A stretch of DNA of 64,000 nucleotides from SAR86 cluster bacterium SAR86B (lineage in GTDB: Bacteria; Pseudomonadota; Gammaproteobacteria; Magnimaribacterales; D2472): assembly GCA_905181955.1 (NCBI GenBank), contig CAJJAC010000008.1:69-64068 (forward strand), given 5' to 3'. The position numbers and the translations under genes are program-made. Positions 24,366-34,157 of this stretch are shown here, in pieces. A model generated the notes under the pieces. It saw only the letters and a program-made list of their open reading frames with translations. It was not told the origin of the DNA and searched no databases. Numbering within the stretch: position 1 is the first letter of the stretch; each line of letters opens with the position of its first letter.

Positions 24366-25739
24366 CTAAACATTTGTTCCATTTAATAACATTTCATGCA
24401 ATTGAGTTTTGATTTCATCAACAGAAACACGTTTTTGCTCCATTGTATCTCTATCTCTAACAGTAACCGTCCCATCTTCCAATGACTCAAAGTCTACTGT
24501 TATACATAAAGGCGTTCCAACTTCATCATGACGTCTGTAGCTTTTTCCAATATTTCCAGAATTTTCTATTAGTATTCTCCCTAAGCGTAGATTTTGAAGC
24601 TCTGACTTAATTTTTGACGCCATATCAACCAACCCCTCATGATTTCTTTTTAAGGGTATTACAGCTGCTTTAATTGGAGATAAATGAGGTTTTAGGCTTA
24701 AAACCGTTCTTTCCTTGCCCCCATCTAAGGTTTCAACCCTGTAAGCTTCGTTTAGTACAGCCAAAACACCCCTATCTACACCTGCTGACGGCTCGATTAC
24801 ATATGGAACACTCCATTCATTAGTTTCAATGTCTTGGATAGCAAGCTTTGCATTAGATGCATTATTTTCTTTAACTGTTGCATTAATACCCAGTTCAGAC
24901 TGATTTTTGCTGTGAGAACCCAAATCAAAATCCGTTCTATTGGCTATACCTTCGAGCTCCTCAAGACCATGAGGAAACTTATACATTATATCCACGGTTG
25001 CTTTTGAATAATGAGCTAACTCATCTGCAGGCACATGATATAGCTCTAAGACGTCTTTACTCACACCTTGATCTTCCCACCACTTTAATCTTGATTCTAT
25101 CCAAAGCTTATGCCACTCCTCATCAGTTCCAGCTGCACAGAAAAATTCTAACTCCATTTGTTCAAACTCTCTGACTCTAAATATAAAATTTCTAGGCGTT
25201 ATTTCATTTCTAAAAGCTTTACCAATTTGCGCAATACCAAAAGGCAGCCTTCTCGAAGTAGAATCAACAACATTTTTAAAATTGGTAAATATATTCTGAG
25301 CTGTTTCTGGCCTTAGGTATGCAAATGATTTCCCATCATCAATAGGGCCAACACTTGTTTTAAACATTAAGTTAAATGGCCTTGGTTCTGTTAAGTCATT
25401 TGATTTACATGACGGACATGTTGCTTCTTTTAGCTGATCTGCACGCCATCTGCTTTGACATGATTTACAGTCAACCATAGGATCTGTAAATGTATCCTCA
25501 TGACCTGAATGCTTTAACACATTAGGCGCAGTTAATATTGATGCATCCAAGCCCTCAACGTCATCACGGTCATAAACCATAGAAGTCCACCAGGAATGCT
25601 TGAGATTATTTTTTAACTCAACACCTAAAGGCCCATAGTCATAAAGACCCTGCATACCACCATATATTTCATTTGACTGAAAAATAAAACCTCTTCTTTT
25701 ACAAAGAGCAACGAGCTCTTCCATTGTTTTAGCTGCCAA
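24366..25739 (-). CDS. glyQS: Glycine--tRNA ligase, alpha2 homodimeric type
   Basis: [59 protein letters not shown], anticodon domain [14 protein letters not shown]. Confidence 0.96.
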   Translation of the reverse strand: MAAKTMEELVALCKRRGFIFQSNEIYGGMQGLYDYGPLGVELKNNLKHSWWTSMVYDRDDVEGLDASILTAPNVLKHSGHEDTFTDPMVDCKSCQSRWRADQLKEATCPSCKSNDLTEPRPFNLMFKTSVGPIDDGKSFAYLRPETAQNIFTNFKNVVDSTSRRLPFGIAQIGKAFRNEITPRNFIFRVREFEQMELEFFCAAGTDEEWHKLWIESRLKWWEDQGVSKDVLELYHVPADELAHYSKATVDIMYKFPHGLEELEGIANRTDFDLGSHSKNQSELGINATVKENNASNAKLAIQDIETNEWSVPYVIEPSAGVDRGVLAVLNEAYRVETLDGGKERTVLSLKPHLSPIKAAVIPLKRNHEGLVDMASKIKSELQNLRLGRILIENSGNIGKSYRRHDEVGTPLCITVDFESLEDGTVTVRDRDTMEQKRVSVDEIKTQLHEMLLNGTNV

Positions 25740-25846
25740 AGTACTTCCTTATATTGTAATTGAATAGATCAAGATCATAGAACCCAGTATATTCCTGTAA
25801 AATAATAATTATATATTTAATAACAGTTTTTTTTAATTAAACAGCC

Positions 25847-26686
25847 ATGAGAGTATTTTTATTTTTAGCTTCCCTGCTTCCGCTTAAGCCAGCAAAAAAA
25901 ATAATAAGGGGACTTATGGTCCTCTTCCCTTTTCAAAGGTTAGAAGCATATAAAATAACTTTAATAAACATAAGCACATGTTTTCCAAACCTATCAACAG
26001 ATGAGAAAGAAAGCTTAGCTAAAAGAAGCTTTGTTGAAACGGCATGCAGTTTCTATGAAACTCTATACTCTTTATCCAGGTCACCTAAAAAAATATCTCA
26101 GAACATCTTAAGAGTGGATAATAAATATTTAATGTCGCAGCCACTTAGAGCCGGAGGCGGATTAATTATTTCTGGAATTCATAATAGAAGTGTAGACGTG
26201 CTTCTGCAGTGGATTAATTCCCAAACGCCCACAGTTGGAATATACAAACCAATTAAAAATAAGATTGCGGATGCTCATGTAAAAAAACATAGAGAGCAGC
26301 TAAAGAGTAAAGTTTATTCAACTAGTTACAAAGGTGTAAAAGAGCTATTCAAAGCAATCAATAAAAATAAAGTAATTATTATGGCATCTGACCAGGTACC
26401 TCAAGACGGGATGGGTGAATATGCAAAGTTCTTTGGTAGAGAAGCCTACACAACAACTCTGATACCCTCCCTGGCTAACAAAACAAGAAAACCTCTATTG
26501 TATATAGGGCTATTTAGCGCGTCTGAAAATTCTTTAAAAATTTCCTGCAAAGAAGCGCCAGAAGAAACGTCCATTCAGTCAATGAATAAGACTATGCAGG
26601 AAATGATATTAAATTGCCCCGAAGATTATTCATGGGAATACAAAAGATTTAAAAAGCCGCCTGAAAATTTAGATTATCCCTATTGA
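25847..26686 (+). CDS. Lipid A late acyltransferase (LpxL/HtrB family)
   Basis: H-x4-D (HNRSVD), DQVP..G...FFG, PEDYSWEYKRFK; syntenic with Pseudomonas htrB. Confidence 0.88.
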   Translation: MRVFLFLASLLPLKPAKKIIRGLMVLFPFQRLEAYKITLINISTCFPNLSTDEKESLAKRSFVETACSFYETLYSLSRSPKKISQNILRVDNKYLMSQPLRAGGGLIISGIHNRSVDVLLQWINSQTPTVGIYKPIKNKIADAHVKKHREQLKSKVYSTSYKGVKELFKAINKNKVIIMASDQVPQDGMGEYAKFFGREAYTTTLIPSLANKTRKPLLYIGLFSASENSLKISCKEAPEETSIQSMNKTMQEMILNCPEDYSWEYKRFKKPPENLDYPY

Positions 26687-26688
26687 GC

Positions 26689-28122
26689 TTAGCGTCTCCA
26701 GAATAAAGGCATAAATAAAATCAAAACTGTAAATATTTCTAGTCTTCCAAGGATCATTCCAAAAGCTAGAATACCTTTTCCAGCTGATGTAACAGAAGAG
26801 TAATTCGATGAAACTTCTCCCAAGCCAGGGCCTAGATTGTTTAAGCATGCTCCTATTGCTGAGAATGCAGATGTAAAATCAAGACCAGTTGCCAGCAATG
26901 CTAAAAGAAGCAACATAAATGAAATTACATAAATAGAAAAGAAACCCCAAACAGATTCAGCAACAGAGTTATCGACAACTTTAGTTCCAATTTTCACCGA
27001 AACCACTGCTCTGGGATGAATAATTTTAATTAATTGTTTATGAGCATGATTTAACATAATCAAAATACGCCATGACTTTATGCCGCCACCAACAGAGCCA
27101 GAACATCCGCCAATAAATGCCCCTATCAATAACAAGAAGCCAATTACTGTAGGCCAGGTTGAGTAATCTGTTGTTGTAAAGCCTGTTGTTGAAACGATTG
27201 ATACTGTTTGAAAAAGAATATTTCTTTGAGAAGCAAGATCACCAGAATTAAAGAATAAGATTAAAGAGCTTATTACCAAGATTAATAAAATAATACTAAC
27301 AAAAAATTTAAATTCTGGATCATAAAAATAGCTTAGAGCTCTGCCTTTAAATATAGCCGCATAATGAAGAGCAAAACTTGAAGCTGAGACTAACATAAAA
27401 AAGATACAAACCAACTCTATTCCAAAGTTATTGAAGTGGCCTATACTCTCATCGTAGGTAGAAAAGCCTCCTATAGAAACAGTGCTTAAGCTATGGGCAA
27501 TAGCATCGAATCCACTCATTCCAGTAATCCAGTACATAGCCGCGCAAAGGACTGTTAATCCAAAATAAATTACCCATAAAGCTTTTGCAGTCTCAGTTAT
27601 TCTGGGTGTAAGCTTTTGGTCACTCATTGCTCCTGGAATTTCTGTTTTATATATCTGCCCACCACCAATACCCAGAATAGGCATAACAGCGATAGCTAAA
27701 ACTATAAGACCCATTCCGCCCATCCACTGCAGCAGCTGCCTATAAATAAGGATAGACTTATCTAAACCTTCAATATTAGTAATAACAGTTGCACCTGTCG
27801 TAGTAATACCCGACATAGCTTCAAAAAATGAATCTATCAAACTCATGCCGCTTAAATAAAAGGGTAAAGATCCAGCTATAGCCAAGATCAACCAGAAAAG
27901 AGCTATTATTATAAAACCATCATTTGAACTTAATTCTTGGCTATGATTTCTTGAAAGAGCCCAGAAAATAAAACCGAGTGAAATAACAGCAATAAAAGTT
28001 ATTAGAAAAATTCTTATACTAGAATCATCATAGAGGAGAGAAACCCCTATGGGGACAATGAAGGATAGGCTGAACAGCATGAGCAACATGCCGAACAAAT
28101 TTGAAATAGCTTTTAGGTTCAT
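26689..28122 (-). CDS. trkH: Trk potassium uptake permease
   Basis: SGITTTGAT, QWMGGMG, STTGF, NNLGPG, GRLE. Confidence 0.96.
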   Translation of the reverse strand: MNLKAISNLFGMLLMLFSLSFIVPIGVSLLYDDSSIRIFLITFIAVISLGFIFWALSRNHSQELSSNDGFIIIALFWLILAIAGSLPFYLSGMSLIDSFFEAMSGITTTGATVITNIEGLDKSILIYRQLLQWMGGMGLIVLAIAVMPILGIGGGQIYKTEIPGAMSDQKLTPRITETAKALWVIYFGLTVLCAAMYWITGMSGFDAIAHSLSTVSIGGFSTYDESIGHFNNFGIELVCIFFMLVSASSFALHYAAIFKGRALSYFYDPEFKFFVSIILLILVISSLILFFNSGDLASQRNILFQTVSIVSTTGFTTTDYSTWPTVIGFLLLIGAFIGGCSGSVGGGIKSWRILIMLNHAHKQLIKIIHPRAVVSVKIGTKVVDNSVAESVWGFFSIYVISFMLLLLALLATGLDFTSAFSAIGACLNNLGPGLGEVSSNYSSVTSAGKGILAFGMILGRLEIFTVLILFMPLFWRR

Positions 28123-29474
28123 TAAATCTTAGTAAATAATTTTTCTACTTCTTTTACTTTTTCTTTGTTAGATAAGAAGATAATGAGATGATCTTCTATG
28201 CAAAGCTCAACTTCAGATGAGGGCATAACAACTACACCTTTTCTTAGAATAGCTGCAATAGACGCCTCGGCTGGCAAAGGAAGTTCCTTAATAGACTTAC
28301 CAAAATAATCAATAGTATGTTCATTTGCGTGAACAATTCCCTCAATCGCTTCTGCGCCTGAGTGCATTTTTAAAATAACATCTTGGGCAACATCACTCTC
28401 TCTAAGATGTTGCAGCACAGATGACACTGTAAGCCTATGAGGGGCAATGCAACTATCTACAAATCCAGGAAGTATATTTACATAGGAAGGATTATTTAAT
28501 ATAACCATTGTCTTTGTTGCTCCAAGCTTTTTAGCCAATAGTGAAGCCATGATATTTGACTCATCATCATTAGTTAAAGCACAAAAAACATCTACCCGAG
28601 CTATATTTTCACTTTTTAGAAGTTCTTGGTCTGCACCTTTGCCTCTTAGAACTATTGTTTTCTCTAAATCTCTAGAGATTTCTTCGCATCTTTCTTCATT
28701 AGATTCAATAATTTTTACTTTATATGATTTTTCAAGCTGTTTAGCTAAGTTAAAGCCAATTTTCCCACCACCAATTATCATTACTCTCGAGTATCCTTGC
28801 TCAAGCCTCATTTCGTTAACCACAGCATCTACATTTTCGCTTGCTGTAACAAAATAAACCTCATCACCCTCTTTTACTATGGTATCGCCAGAGGGAATGA
28901 AGGGTTTACCTTTTCTATAAATCGATGGGATATAGCAGTCTATGCCAGGCATATCATCTTCAATTGTTCGTAATGCCTTATCTACCAGTTTCCCTGATTT
29001 TTTTACTTTTACAGAAACCAACTTAACCTTCCCATCCGCAAACTCTTCAATTTGCTCTGCACCAGGATGAACTATAAGTTCTTTTAAATGAGAGGTAACC
29101 TCATTTTCTGGACTAATAGGTATATCAATCATGTTCTCACCAAACGAATCCAAGCAACCTAAATACGTAGTATCTTTAAATCTACAAATAGTCTTTTTGA
29201 CTGAAAATTGTGTTTTTGCAATCTGACAAGCTGCTATATTCACTTCATCATTATTTGTTACAGCGATGACTATAGTTTCCTCATCAGCTCCTGATTTTTT
29301 AAATGAATTTGGGTGTGCGGCATGCCCTTGAATTGCAGCCACGTCTAAACGATCTTGGAGATAATCAATTTTCTTTTTATCAAGATCAACTATAGAAATA
29401 TCATATCCATCTTGAGATAAATTTCTTGCTAAACTTTCACCAACCTTGCCTGCACCTAAAATTACTACTTTCAT
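28122..29474 (-). CDS. trkA: Trk potassium uptake NAD-binding subunit
   Basis: Two RCK_N domains (GAGKVG, GGGKIG), 450 aa. Confidence 0.96.
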   Translation of the reverse strand: MKVVILGAGKVGESLARNLSQDGYDISIVDLDKKKIDYLQDRLDVAAIQGHAAHPNSFKKSGADEETIVIAVTNNDEVNIAACQIAKTQFSVKKTICRFKDTTYLGCLDSFGENMIDIPISPENEVTSHLKELIVHPGAEQIEEFADGKVKLVSVKVKKSGKLVDKALRTIEDDMPGIDCYIPSIYRKGKPFIPSGDTIVKEGDEVYFVTASENVDAVVNEMRLEQGYSRVMIIGGGKIGFNLAKQLEKSYKVKIIESNEERCEEISRDLEKTIVLRGKGADQELLKSENIARVDVFCALTNDDESNIMASLLAKKLGATKTMVILNNPSYVNILPGFVDSCIAPHRLTVSSVLQHLRESDVAQDVILKMHSGAEAIEGIVHANEHTIDYFGKSIKELPLPAEASIAAILRKGVVVMPSSEVELCIEDHLIIFLSNKEKVKEVEKLFTKI

Positions 29475-29526
29475 AACCTCTTAAATTAAACCTCTTTTAA
29501 TGTAATTAAAACCCCTATCAAGTTTT

Positions 29527-30450
29527 TTACAATCTGGTAAAAAAACTTAAGTAAGAATTTATAGCGTCAGATGTGCTTATGGATTTCTTATTGGGAAACT
29601 GTAAGTAAGTGATTACTATCGCTGAATTATATGTTTTTACAAGTATTCCAAGCTTATCAAAATTTAAGATTGAGCCTGGTTCAGCATCATAGTTACTATT
29701 ATCTATATGCATTGCATGCACCTTAACCATTATTTCTTTATGTAAAAAATATGAACCAGGCCAGCCTTTATAAGCATTAAATTTCCTTAATATAACCTCA
29801 GAAGATTCCTTAAAATTAATTTCACCATCAACTTTTTTTATTTTTGAGCAGTATGTAGCCAATACTTCATCTTGAGTTTCTAGTCTGAAATTATCAGCCA
29901 GAACATCCTTCAAGATAGCATTAATATTATTTGCAGCCAGATCAGATAATCTATCTTCTAATTCATCTTTATTATCTTTTGTATGAATTTCCATTGGTAG
30001 GGTTTTGATAATATCGCCCTCATCCATTCTTTCATTCATTTTCATAAAACTTATCCCAGTTTCAAATTCGCCACTTATCAAGACTGATTGAATTGGAGAA
30101 GCTCCTCTGTATTTAGGCAGCAAAGAGAAATGAATATTAATAGGTAATTTATTAGGATGCTCAAGTAACCACTGGGGAATAATTTTTCCATATGCCGATA
30201 CAACTACAAAGTCTACATCTAATGATTGAACTAAGCTCTTAAAATCTGGATCATTAAGATCTAAGGGTTTAATTGTTCTAAGATTTAACTCTTGTGCGAC
30301 TATAGACACTTCGCTGGGATCTGTGCTTGAGCCCCTTTTACTTCTTTTATCAGGTTGTGATATAACTAAACTAATATTAATACCATCTAAATGCAGTCTT
30401 TTAAGTATCTTTGCAGACGGGGCCGGGCTTCCAGCAAATATTATATTCAT
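29527..30450 (-). CDS. fmt: Methionyl-tRNA formyltransferase
   Basis: QPDK..RG, AYGKI, NIHFSLLPKYRGASPI; follows def. Confidence 0.96.
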   Translation of the reverse strand: MNIIFAGSPAPSAKILKRLHLDGINISLVISQPDKRSKRGSSTDPSEVSIVAQELNLRTIKPLDLNDPDFKSLVQSLDVDFVVVSAYGKIIPQWLLEHPNKLPINIHFSLLPKYRGASPIQSVLISGEFETGISFMKMNERMDEGDIIKTLPMEIHTKDNKDELEDRLSDLAANNINAILKDVLADNFRLETQDEVLATYCSKIKKVDGEINFKESSEVILRKFNAYKGWPGSYFLHKEIMVKVHAMHIDNSNYDAEPGSILNFDKLGILVKTYNSAIVITYLQFPNKKSISTSDAINSYLSFFTRL

Positions 30451-30495
30451 TATCAGTAAGTTCCTCTAAAATCTTCTAAATTCTTCTAAAAGAAG

Positions 30496-30987
30496 CTATT
30501 TAGTAGCTTTGCTCTTTAAACGGGCCCTTTTTAATGGACTCAGATAGTCAACTAACAATTTTCCCTGCAAATGATCTATCTCGTGCTGTATACATACTGC
30601 CAAAAGTCCCTGAGGATTGTCTTCGTGCTCATTTCCTTTTACATCTAACCAATTTAGTTGGATTTTATCAGGACGAGTTACCTCAACGCTTGCACCAGGA
30701 ATAGAAAGACAACCTTCCTCACAAGGAACAAGACTTTTGTTGTCTAATACCTTCACAATAGGATTTACAAAGATAAGCGGCTCATCTCTTTCTTCACTAA
30801 TATCTATAACAACTAATCTAATATGAAAATCTACCTGAGTTGCCGCCAAACCAATCCCATTTTCTGCATACATAGTTTCTAGCATATCTTTTGAGAGATT
30901 ATCGAGACTTTTGTCGAATTTAGTTACAACTTCTGCCACAGTTCTTAAACGCGGATCTGGGTATTTTAATATTTTCATAATAGACAT
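30496..30987 (-). CDS. def: Peptide deformylase
   Basis: GIGLAATQ, EGCLS, QHEIDHL. Confidence 0.98.
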   Translation of the reverse strand: MSIMKILKYPDPRLRTVAEVVTKFDKSLDNLSKDMLETMYAENGIGLAATQVDFHIRLVVIDISEERDEPLIFVNPIVKVLDNKSLVPCEEGCLSIPGASVEVTRPDKIQLNWLDVKGNEHEDNPQGLLAVCIQHEIDHLQGKLLVDYLSPLKRARLKSKATK

Positions 30988-31046
30988 ATTGGCTTATTAT
31001 AATCTCTTAATTTATAATCTGCATTATTAAAGAGGTAATTGTAAAT

Positions 31047-31547
31047 ATGACAAATAATAGCATCGATGTAGCAGTAGTAATGGGATCTGATTCTGATTTG
31101 CCTGTTGTAAGTGAGGTTTTCAAGATTTTTGATCAATTTGGGGTTAAATACAGTAAAAGTGTACTTTCGGCTCATAGAAGCCCTCATCAAGTCATAGAGC
31201 TGATCAAAACATCTGAATCGAATGGGTGTAAGGTTTTCATTGCAGCAGCCGGAATGGCGGCACATTTAGCAGGCGCAGTTGCAGCACATAGTTATAAACC
31301 TGTAATAGGTATCCCAATTGAATCCGGCGGGCTTGGAGGTTTAGATGCACTATTATCGACAGCACAAATGCCCCCAGGCATTCCTGTTGCAACAGTTGCA
31401 ATTGGGAAAGCTGGCGCTAAGAATGGTGCAATTTTAGCTATACAAATGATAGCAATTTCAGACAACGATATGGCGCAAAAACTAAGTGATTACAGAACGA
31501 ATTTAACTAACGAAGTCTTGGAAAAAAACAAGAATTTAAATGCATAA
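31047..31547 (+). CDS. purE: N5-CAIR mutase / AIR carboxylase PurE
   Basis: MGSDSD, SAHR, AAHLAG, QMPPGIPVATV. Confidence 0.96.
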   Translation: MTNNSIDVAVVMGSDSDLPVVSEVFKIFDQFGVKYSKSVLSAHRSPHQVIELIKTSESNGCKVFIAAAGMAAHLAGAVAAHSYKPVIGIPIESGGLGGLDALLSTAQMPPGIPVATVAIGKAGAKNGAILAIQMIAISDNDMAQKLSDYRTNLTNEVLEKNKNLNA

Positions 31548-31550
31548 TTT

Positions 31551-32111
31551 GTGAGAGTTTTCTTATCTCAGAGTGACGCTTCTGAGTGGCTAAAAAAAGG
31601 AAAAATATTAATATATCCCACAGAGGGTGTATGGGGCATTGGTTGTGATGCATTTAATAAAGACGCTGTTGCAAGAGTCTATGAATTAAAGCAAAGACCG
31701 GCAGATAAAAGCTTAATTCTTTTATGCAAAAGCTTGGGAGCAATGAATAATTATTTAGCACCCTTAGCACAAAAAGACATTGATTTTATAAAGACTCTGG
31801 GTGTAAATCCTACAACTATATTATATGAATATGATCCAGAAAGGATGCCAAATCATCTGCAGAATAAAAGTGGTAAATTAGCTATACGAGTAAGTACTCA
31901 CTATCATATAAAATCACTAATTGATGGATTTAATAATCCAATTATTTCTACATCTGCAAATATATCAGGTACAAAAATATCAATGGATATTGATGAAATA
32001 AAAAATAATTTTGATTTTAGTGATGTTGCATTTTATAACAAACCTATTGGAATTTTAAATAGACCTACCTCTATAATAGATCTACAAACTCAAGAGGTCA
32101 TAAGGGCTTAA
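31551..32111 (+). CDS. tsaC: Threonylcarbamoyl-AMP synthase (YrdC/Sua5)
   Basis: YPTEGVWGIGC, KQRP..K, STSANISG. Confidence 0.93.
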   Translation: MRVFLSQSDASEWLKKGKILIYPTEGVWGIGCDAFNKDAVARVYELKQRPADKSLILLCKSLGAMNNYLAPLAQKDIDFIKTLGVNPTTILYEYDPERMPNHLQNKSGKLAIRVSTHYHIKSLIDGFNNPIISTSANISGTKISMDIDEIKNNFDFSDVAFYNKPIGILNRPTSIIDLQTQEVIRA

Positions 32112-33013
32112 TGATTAAACAACTAGAAGCACATTTTCAAGAAATACAAAATGAAATCATAGATCATTATTGTGACTTTGAAACTAAAAAATCTTGTACT
32201 ATTTCTGATGATAATTGGACAAGGGCAAAAGGAGGAGGAGGCAGAACTTTTGTCTTAGAAAACGGAAGATTTTTTGATAAAGCTGCAGTAAATTTTTCTT
32301 CTATTTCTGGAACAAAATTACCTGAATCAGCAAGAGAATATATAAAGAATAAAAAAGCAATTTCTTATAAAGCAATGGGTGTATCTGTTATCACCCATCC
32401 AAAGAATCCATTTATTCCAACAAGCCATATGAATATAAGATTATTCCTACTCCTAAATAATAAAAAAGAAATCATTGAGTGGTGGGTAGGAGGTGGTTAT
32501 GACCTCACTCCATATTTTGCATATGAGAAAGATTGTTTGATGTGGCATAGGGATGCAAAACTTAATTTTGATCATTTTAATAAGAAATATTACAAAAAAT
32601 TTGCAAAAAACTGTGACGACTATTTCTTTTTGCCGCATAGAAACGAAAAAAGGGGTATTGGAGGGGTATTTTTTGATAATTTCAATGATTTAGAGTTAGA
32701 TGCATCTATAAAATTGCTAAAAAATACAGCTAGAACCTACTTAAAAAGCTACTTAAAGATAATAGGCCTAAGGAAAAGTCGTAAATATTCATCTAAAGAT
32801 AAAGATTTTCAAGAGTACAGAAGAGGAAGATATGCTGAATTTAACCTTTTATTTGATAGAGGCACCTCTTTTGGACTCCAGTCTGGTGGAAGAGTCGAGT
32901 CAATCCTTGCTTCACTGCCTCCAAAAGCTTCCTGGGTCTATAAAAAAGATAAATCTTTTGAAAAAAATGAAAAAAATCTATTATTAAGCCTAAAAAAGAA
33001 ATGGAGAGGTTAA
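32111..33013 (+). CDS. hemF: Oxygen-dependent coproporphyrinogen III oxidase
   Basis: GGGYDLTP, RGIGGVFFD, RRGRYAEFNL.DRGT.FGLQSGGRVESIL.SLP. Confidence 0.97.
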   Translation: MIKQLEAHFQEIQNEIIDHYCDFETKKSCTISDDNWTRAKGGGGRTFVLENGRFFDKAAVNFSSISGTKLPESAREYIKNKKAISYKAMGVSVITHPKNPFIPTSHMNIRLFLLLNNKKEIIEWWVGGGYDLTPYFAYEKDCLMWHRDAKLNFDHFNKKYYKKFAKNCDDYFFLPHRNEKRGIGGVFFDNFNDLELDASIKLLKNTARTYLKSYLKIIGLRKSRKYSSKDKDFQEYRRGRYAEFNLLFDRGTSFGLQSGGRVESILASLPPKASWVYKKDKSFEKNEKNLLLSLKKKWRG

Positions 33014-33025
33014 AATTTATAAATA

Positions 33026-33838
33026 ATGTCTAAATTATATAAATTAGGAGTTATAGGCTCTCCTATAGATCACTCTTTATCCCCATTTATACATTCACGA
33101 TTTGGCAGGCAGGAAAATATAAATTTAGATTACAGGGCTTATAAAGTTGAAGATGAAAACCTAGAAGCCTTTGTCAAAGAATTTTTTCTCTCAAAAGACG
33201 CTAAAGGACTAAATATAACCTTGCCTCATAAAAAATCTGTAGCAAGAATAATTAAAAATCTTTCTGATGAGGCATCTTTTATAGATGCAGTAAATACAAT
33301 CAATAAAATCTCAAATAAATTACATGCTTTATCCACAGATGGTGAAGGCCTTATTAAGGACATGGATGAAAAAAATATTAAGATTAAGAATCAAAATATA
33401 TTGGTTCTTGGTGCGGGAGCAGCTGTTGAAAGTGTTCTATTTAAAATTATCCAATCCAAACCTAAATCTATAACTTTAATTAACAGGACAGAGGAAAAGT
33501 CTAAAAAGCTGCATTCTAAATATTTGCACATGATCGATATATCTCTTGGACTAGGAGCTAATAATTATGATTTGGTTATAAACGGGTCATCTGCTGGGCT
33601 CACTGGTAATTTTTTACCACCAGAAGATACTTTTTTTAACGAGAAAACAGTTTTTTATGACCTTAACTATTCATTAACAGGAACAGCATTTTGTAATTGG
33701 GCAGATAATATTTCTGATCATTCTTATGACGGCATGGGTATGTTGATATCTCAGGCTGCACTATCTTTTTATGAGTGGTTTGGTGTGTTGCCATCAACAA
33801 CAAGCATTGCTGATGAGCTTAGAGATTTAAGAAATTGA
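33026..33838 (+). CDS. aroE: Shikimate dehydrogenase
   Basis: HSLSP.IH, NITLPHK, AVNT, TDG.G, GAG, NRT. Confidence 0.95.
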   Translation: MSKLYKLGVIGSPIDHSLSPFIHSRFGRQENINLDYRAYKVEDENLEAFVKEFFLSKDAKGLNITLPHKKSVARIIKNLSDEASFIDAVNTINKISNKLHALSTDGEGLIKDMDEKNIKIKNQNILVLGAGAAVESVLFKIIQSKPKSITLINRTEEKSKKLHSKYLHMIDISLGLGANNYDLVINGSSAGLTGNFLPPEDTFFNEKTVFYDLNYSLTGTAFCNWADNISDHSYDGMGMLISQAALSFYEWFGVLPSTTSIADELRDLRN

Positions 33839-34050
33839 AAAAGTTTATACAATTCATAGCTGGGGCGATCTGCCCAAGCTGCTCAGAGCAAGACTCGATA
33901 GCAATTCATCAAGATGATGATGAGATATACTGCGCTAAATGTGGCTATAAAGAATTTAGACCTGGTTCTATAAAAGATCCAAAAAAAATGACTACAATTA
34001 AAGCAGTTAATGTTGTTGATATAACAGATTTTAATAAGACTAAAAAGTAG
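33835..34050 (+). CDS. YheV-like zinc ribbon protein
   Basis: FIAGAICPSC...C..CGY; TTG start overlapping the aroE stop. Confidence 0.75.
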   Translation: MKKFIQFIAGAICPSCSEQDSIAIHQDDDEIYCAKCGYKEFRPGSIKDPKKMTTIKAVNVVDITDFNKTKK

Positions 34051-34157
34051 TAATTTATTCCCCAAAGTTATAGAATACACGGAAATTAAGCCATAAGAAT
34101 TGAGTAACTTTTTATGGCATCAAAGGTTCTATAAAAAACTAGTTATAAGGGACATAC

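Noticed and set aside
30470-30490. Short direct repeat TCTTCTAAA x2 between def and fmt
   Set aside because: Two 9-bp copies in AT-rich spacer DNA; not an array
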